A stretch of 64,000 nucleotides of DNA, from the NCBI GenBank assembly GCA_020137815.1, contig CM035354.1, forward strand, positions 1,116,001 to 1,180,000, read 5' to 3'. The stretch is from Hormiphora californensis. Taxonomy: Eukaryota; Animalia; Ctenophora. The notes beneath the pieces were generated by a model that saw nothing but the letters and a program-made list of their open reading frames with translations, made no database searches and had not been told where the DNA came from. A program made the translations under genes and the position numbers. How positions within the stretch are numbered: position 1 is the first letter of the stretch; each line of letters begins with the position of its first letter. This document shows positions 59,701-64,000 of the stretch, in pieces.

Positions 59701-62600
59701 TAGAGTGAGGAAATGGTTGAGATCGGTGCTTCTTCGAGAGAGAGTGTACTTTGATAGATTGGAAGCATCCGACTCTGAATCTATAGAGTTGTAAATCGAT
59801 CATTATCGATTTTAAGTAAGCTTAACTAAACTTGTCGGTATGACTGGGGAGATTTCACTAGACTCCCTATTGAACTATAATATGCGGATTAAGAACTAGC
59901 TGGCTCTATTATACGGACTCAAAAGATACTTAAAAATATTGACTATATGCCTCTTTCCAAGAGCACTGGGGTGGAGCATACCTCGTCCAAACAATGAACG
60001 ATTAACACAGCACCCACAGTGCTCCAAGAAATCGTCAAAGCACTCAAGCCAGCCAACACCCATTTCACCATTACTCCCGAAATAGTCATCAATGACTCCC
60101 CTCATTGTTTGGTTAAATCTGATAATACGGGGGGCTAACTCAGGACGGTCCAGTCTCGGTAGAACGCTTAGACAGTTTATTGTTGCACGCGGAAAACGGT
60201 AACTAAGTAAATCAATGAGACCCAAATACATATGACATATATCTAAGATGCCATTAGGAGAAGCAATGTCATTGGTGCCCACTAGTAAACTGATGGAATC
60301 AATGTCCAAATCTCGAGTCCAAGATCCGCACACTCTAATCAAGTCAGGGATAGTGGCGCCCCCCATTGCATGAACTTGAGCTTGGTGTTGGTTGAAGTTC
60401 AGCTTGAGACCCCTGACCATGGAGTCGCCGATGATGAGGTGGCGTGTGGGGTGGTGTGGCACAGCCTGAGTTCGAGAAGGGTGCAAGACAGGAAGCCCGG
60501 AAGAGACGGCCGGTGGGGTCGCAGAGGTTGGTGGAGTGGTAGAGGAGTTAGGTGGGGGACCAGAAACCAATGGAGCGATGTCTAAGACCGGTGGGGTGTT
60601 GGAGTTGAGAGGTGGTGATTGGGTTTCAGAGACCACCGGTGCGATTTCAGAGACTGGTTGGGCGGTGGAGGTGAGAGGTGGGATTGGGGGTTCAGACAAT
60701 TCAGAGACCAGTTGATCATGATGTGGTACTGGGGATGGAGGTGAGGATTGTAGTGCCTCAGAGACCGGTGGGTCGGTCAGTGGTGAAGTGTGGGAGACAA
60801 TAGTTATGTCTGGGAGGTAGGGAGGCGGGGAGGACATTTCAGGCTGGTTTGAGGAAACAGACTGTAAAGTAGGTACAGGAGTTTCGGGTAATGTTGGCGG
60901 AGTCGGAGCCGAGGATTGATGCGATCGGATGGGGCGAGGCGTGGAGTTAAGCGGTGAGTGATTATCCGGTACCTTGACTCTTCGGAATGACAGAGCCACC
61001 CTCTCACCTGACTGACCTGGGTACTTTGGGCACCCATGCCAAAGTTGATCTTGGCACTCTGGCATAAACATGACCCCGTCACCATTGTACAGGGTGAGAC
61101 TACCCTCAAAACTGCTCTCTGCCCTGTATCTGCCATCTAGAAAGTCAAGGAAACGTGTTGCCCCAAGAGATATCGTAAAAATGGGGGAAGACGGGTCATT
61201 CATATCCTCCCTATCCTGGTGGAGGGGTAGATTCTCATCACCGTTCATGTAGCGTATCATAAGGCACCCATTAAAATTTGTTTTAAAGGTCCTGTTTACT
61301 CGCTGTAGGAGGGCTGACATGGGGACGGGAAAGGGGGAGGGCCTAAGAGAGATGTTGCCCCAGCCGTATGTAACCCCAGTCTCAGAATACCAGACGAACC
61401 TATTGCCTCTAGATACCCGGTGAGGAAGGTTCAGCTCACCCAATAATGACTCAGCTGAGAAAGAGTCTAGAAAACTGGAATAAAGCACTGCAAGGCCGTT
61501 TTTAATTGTCCGGGTGGGGATGGGGGGAGGGGTTTTATTTAGAGCCCTGGTAACAAGTAGTTCAAGGTCATCCCTACTCACGACCACAGAGTCTGTAGTA
61601 GATATCTCGAGCAGCGTCCTCTCAAGGTTGTCGTGCCTTATCGTTATCTCCCCAGTCATCCTCGAGACCATTCTATTTCATTGGGACCTAGAGGCCAAGC
61701 CTCAAATTAATTTGTTTAAAGTAGTGTTGAAAAGTTTGAAGGGTGTAGGGGTAAAAGAGAGGGGGACAGCTAGGTTCTTGTGGCACTGAAATATGTAATG
61801 GTGCAGCACTGGTGTAGGGGGGTGTTACAGTAGTGGTGAAAGAGAGGGGGACAGCTAGGTTCTTGTGGCACTGAAATATGTAATGGTGCAGCACTGGTGT
61901 AGGGGGGTGTTACAGTAGTGGTGAAAGAGAGGGGGACAGCTAGGTTCTTGTGGCACTGAAATACAGATAAAAGATGTGTTAATGGGGGTGATGGTGTGAT
62001 CTGCTAATTGAGGAACTATTTTAGAGTGAGAGCAGAGAGAGAGAGGTAGCTAGAGTCTAGATATCTGAGATGAGAGAGGGGGGCAGCTAGAATCTAGTGT
62101 CACTAAGTTACAACACCACTCACATCAACATTAGCAACATCTTTGTTAACTTGGTACTCCAAAGCAGCAACCGCACCAAAAGTCCAGCACGAACCACATC
62201 CACCCTGGTTCTTCGGAGCTGGAATACTGCCCCTATAGTCAGCACTATCGGCCCTTTTCACCAAACTCCTCTCCTCCATCTCCACCTCTTCCTCAACCTC
62301 CATCATCACAAGACTGGAGACATTGAGTCCGGTATAAGCAGCCCTCTCTGTTTCTGTCATGATAGAGAACTCATTAAAATCAGCCTGCCATTCCTCTCCA
62401 TCCTCAGCGTTGTGAACCTCAATAAACTCTGCTGTCTCTTTAAAGGCGGAAAAGTGGGCTCTCTGGTCAGCAGGGGATGCCTTCAGGATGGGCTCGTGGT
62501 GGTATTTGGAAACTAGCTCCCGGTATTTCTTAGCCAAGTCACCGGGACTCATGGCGGAGATAACGCCAATAATGGCACATAACAGGAACAGAGACTTCAT
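53728..62600 (-). CDS. Cathepsin L-like (papain C1A) protease 2 with C-terminal Cys-rich domain; LINE in intron 1
   Basis: Signal MKSLFLLCAIIGVISA; NEFSIMTETE; QGGCGSCWTF; GCNGG; NHAV; RNSWG; last exon CQLNSKNGSVSKLKFTAYQCKRL*. Confidence 0.9.
54540..54912. repeat. Intronic minisatellite (gttagat/agggtgctaaat units)
   Basis: Degenerate ~33-bp tandem units. Confidence 0.85.
56344..57000 (+). mobile_element. Repeat family A, copy 4, inside the LINE 3' UTR
   Basis: Same termini and internal hairpins as the other copies; more diverged. Confidence 0.88.
57113..59803 (-). CDS. LINE ORF2: partial APE endonuclease plus reverse transcriptase
   Basis: GDLN, LDL and SDH (C-terminal half of APE); YRPISL, QHGF, DFAKAFD, GVPQGSILGPLLF, YADD, KDLGV. 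Confidence 0.95.
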   Translation of the reverse strand: MIDLQLYRFRVGCFQSIKVHSLSKKHRSQPFPHSIEEMSSRTDDPQPHPPQTTRSCLKTIIFLTALSLCILLNYLSKRYNSLTIIGDLNLSSIKNWDLPSSNVGRQSSFLEIVSNLGMVSLINSPTHRSGNILDLILTNRPSIYNQVKVKQDLLVKSDHSTIKCTINLGVSMKNTAKFRKFSYKKANWDRINQDLNSCNWNALFVGLNARECVSCLKSKLDIILKRYVPMVTVKPSSRPPWFDEDLKALRKSVERARKLHLKHPDDITLNDEYVSLADNYKLSVEDKRASYYTDEEMNDSNTITKKFYKYLKSLVGSTRIPDSVSDNNNSSCRTSEKCNMFNNFFCAQFSDISSYNTVIDPNRNHVNDCNNLLFREEDVQKILKDINPSKATGPDNIDGIVLKKCSSVLARPLAYIYNLSYHSSYLPSEWKEANVVPVHKKGDKSLVKNYRPISLTCLVMKVFERLIRDKLFLICQDKISPHQHGFVPNKSCCTQMIEFTDSLAYNINNHLQTDIVYFDFAKAFDSVNHDVIIDKLRDHYNINGKMLSFIIEYLRDRKQRVVIDSISSEWAPVHSGVPQGSILGPLLFVLFINDITSVINQGTNSRLYADDLKIWKSVHSPSDSLQSDIDNLHKWSIENRISFHPAKCKLIRLNLNRREIAHSYTLAGELIVSVSSEKDLGVLISNRLSYEEHRNSILASQRQKLGLLKRHSKLARTPPERKTLYLSLVRSLLEHCSQIWRPTSTAGIEKLEKLQKRAIKWILDEENSSYSEVEYFSKLANLNIPPIRNKFELNDLMLLHKIIYGTSPIDLPPYLSFFTPSQIVINTRAQSNMDSLHLMTSEVPRVNIFENSFFYRAHKLWNLLPLSLRATSDPIIFSSQLKRHLWDSSGTDQGVT
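59896..61671 (-). CDS. LINE ORF1: AlkB-like 2OG-Fe(II) dioxygenase, Pro/Ser/Thr linker, SGNH hydrolase fold
   Basis: FNGCLMIRY..LHQD..IFTISLGATR..WHG..RVALSFR (HxD/H/RxxxxxR); IIGDS, GGAT, VGTND, MLHP. Confidence 0.9.
   Translation of the reverse strand: MVSRMTGEITIRHDNLERTLLEISTTDSVVVSRDDLELLVTRALNKTPPPIPTRTIKNGLAVLYSSFLDSFSAESLLGELNLPHRVSRGNRFVWYSETGVTYGWGNISLRPSPFPVPMSALLQRVNRTFKTNFNGCLMIRYMNGDENLPLHQDREDMNDPSSPIFTISLGATRFLDFLDGRYRAESSFEGSLTLYNGDGVMFMPECQDQLWHGCPKYPGQSGERVALSFRRVKVPDNHSPLNSTPRPIRSHQSSAPTPPTLPETPVPTLQSVSSNQPEMSSPPPYLPDITIVSHTSPLTDPPVSEALQSSPPSPVPHHDQLVSELSEPPIPPLTSTAQPVSEIAPVVSETQSPPLNSNTPPVLDIAPLVSGPPPNSSTTPPTSATPPAVSSGLPVLHPSRTQAVPHHPTRHLIIGDSMVRGLKLNFNQHQAQVHAMGGATIPDLIRVCGSWTRDLDIDSISLLVGTNDIASPNGILDICHMYLGLIDLLSYRFPRATINCLSVLPRLDRPELAPRIIRFNQTMRGVIDDYFGSNGEMGVGWLECFDDFLEHCGCCVNRSLFGRGMLHPSALGKRHIVNIFKYLLSPYNRAS
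61701..61740 (-). other. Retrotransposed spliced-leader sequence
   Basis: Minus strand TTCAAACTTTTCAACACTACTTTAAACAAATTAATTTGAG matches my recollection of the ctenophore SL; there is no downstream GT donor, so it is not an SL RNA gene. Confidence 0.85.
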
Positions 62601-63133
62601 CTCAGCAGCAGTAGTAGTAGTCTTGTTGTTTCAGATTGTGAATTGTGTCCGGGGAGGTCCGTTTTAAACTGTCCTACACCTGGCTACATCTGCCACCTGA
62701 AAGAGAGACAATAGCCGGGCTAATGGAGGGAGAAAGAGCTCGCCTGGGAGTGCTAATTACTGATCCAATTAAAACTTACCTGGTAGCATACAATAGAAAT
62801 GGCATCAAAGTGCGAGCTGTTTCCATTTTGTGTCCTCCTCTTTCTTTCTACAATAGTATAACAGGTCCCGTACTAGGTCTTGTAGTTTTATCCATGACTG
62901 AACCTACATAATGTTAATAACATGTTACAATAATATTATGAAACACAGAACAAAACAGCTGCAAACGTGCAAAATATGATGATGATGAATATAAACAGCT
63001 CTAAGTCTATCTTTTCTCGCTCTCTCTGACTTGTTATTTCTCACAACTATAATAATCTTCTCAAACGGACAAATTTAACTCTCCCACTCTCTCTCAGTTT
63101 TCTCGAGGGGGCGAGGACGGGGTAGTACAGTTG

Positions 63134-63680
63134 TCACAGTCCATGGTAACGCCCTTCTCTAACAGGAATCTCATTAGGGTCAAACATGAGTGAAATGTCC
63201 AGATTTAGAAGTTCCGCCCGAAGAAGGCAGTCCTTGAGTGTGTCATCTAGCTCTAACATCATCTGAACAAGATCATCTTGTTGTTTTAGAACCTCGTCAT
63301 AGTTTATCAGATCACCAACAACATCAGAGGTCGATCCTTCCATGCTAGATAGATATGGAGGAGTGAGGGAGTTGACATGTACTTGTCGCACACGCTGCCC
63401 GGTTCGGAGAGGGCAGTATTTTTGAGGCAAAGAGCTGGAGTGAATGGAAAAGGGTCTGGGCTCATCATACCATGTCGGTCAGGTCAAAAACAAAATCAAA
63501 TAGTGAAATACAGCAAAGTTTATTATTAGCATGTTAGGGAAGGTGTCTTTGAGATGGTTACTCAACAAGTTATTCTTGAACTTTATGAAAAACTTGGACG
63601 ACCCCATTTCTCCCAGGAACGAGTGTCCTGTCTTCTGATCCCGCTGTCAAGTTGAGGATCGCTTTGTTCACTTCCTGGGG
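63134..63680 (-). CDS. Probable 3' exons of an unidentified gene
   Basis: Acceptor-like sites precede a protein-like, acidic helical ORF (INYDEVLKQQDDLVQMMLELDDTLKD); no family recognised. Confidence 0.4.
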
Positions 63681-63890
63681 TAGTGGGTGGGGAATTAGTG
63701 AATGTCCAGAAAAACGTGCAATGTGCATGATCAACGAAAACAACGAAAATGAGTGAATTGATATTATATGGTATTCATTGCGTTCATGATATTGATGAAT
63801 TGATGAAACAGACATTCTACCAATCTCTAGGAGCGGTGTGACGAAGTGACACCCAAACCGCTCTTTTACTTAGATGAAAGACCGCAGTGG

Positions 63891-63970
63891 GGTGATTGTC
63901 GCCTGGTGATAGTGAACTATTTACCAAAGTCACAGTTATAGGTGCAATCAATCACCAGGCGACAATCACC
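63891..63970. repeat. 80-bp element with a perfect 20-bp inverted repeat
   Basis: ggtgattgtcgcctggtgat / atcaccaggcgacaatcacc. Confidence 0.75.
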
Positions 63971-64000
63971 TGGTGCATTGTATATACCTCACTCATTTTG

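Larger units (their letters stand above)
55778..61740 (-). mobile_element. Two-ORF non-LTR retrotransposon (CR1/L2/Jockey group) with TSD and SL-derived 5' end
   Basis: (A)GGGTGTA flanks at 55770-55777 and 61740-61747; 3' tail AAAATCAAATCA; ORF1 and ORF2 both open; the insertion splits a host tandem array (55400-55700 and 61748-61965). Confidence 0.88.

Noticed and set aside
59590-59803. 2A-like (GDxExNPGP) peptide at the ORF2 N-terminus, as in some CR1/L2 elements
   Set aside because: The motif is not present in the translation.
61701-61740. Possible SL RNA gene, or an SL-gene-targeting element of the NeSL/SLACS type
   Set aside because: There is no GT donor or Sm-site region after the SL, the flanks are a cathepsin intron repeat, and the element is APE-type rather than restriction-like endonuclease type.

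Overview
Eukaryotic, intron-rich DNA, most likely from a pleurobrachiid ctenophore (Hormiphora/Pleurobrachia type). The assignment is inferred from a copy of the ctenophore spliced-leader (SL) sequence and a hAT-like MITE, both recognised from memory. Genes in order: a frameshifted class C GPCR 7TM segment (+), probably nested in an acetyl-CoA carboxylase intron; the 5' third of acetyl-CoA carboxylase (-) with four candidate alternative first exons; a secreted ShK/TSP1 animal heme peroxidase (+); a ~24.5 kb DOCK-A/B Rac GEF gene (-) holding an antisense acid lipase and a tRNA-Leu(CAG) in introns; intronless ORC3 and a degenerate ARF-like GTPase (-); a stack of nested DNA transposons; and two cathepsin L-like genes (-) with a C-terminal Cys-rich domain. 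The most striking feature is a CR1/L2-type LINE in an intron of the second cathepsin (about 55778-61740, with a target-site duplication). Its ORF1 fuses an intact AlkB-type 2OG-Fe(II) dioxygenase to an SGNH esterase fold, and its 5' end is 40 nt of the spliced leader, implying that a trans-spliced RNA was retrotransposed. Other notable patterns are tandem repeats that multiply splice sites at many exon boundaries, and a ~670 bp repeat carrying an internal copy complementary to its own end-to-end junction. Exon boundaries were read by eye and are approximate; no database searches were run.
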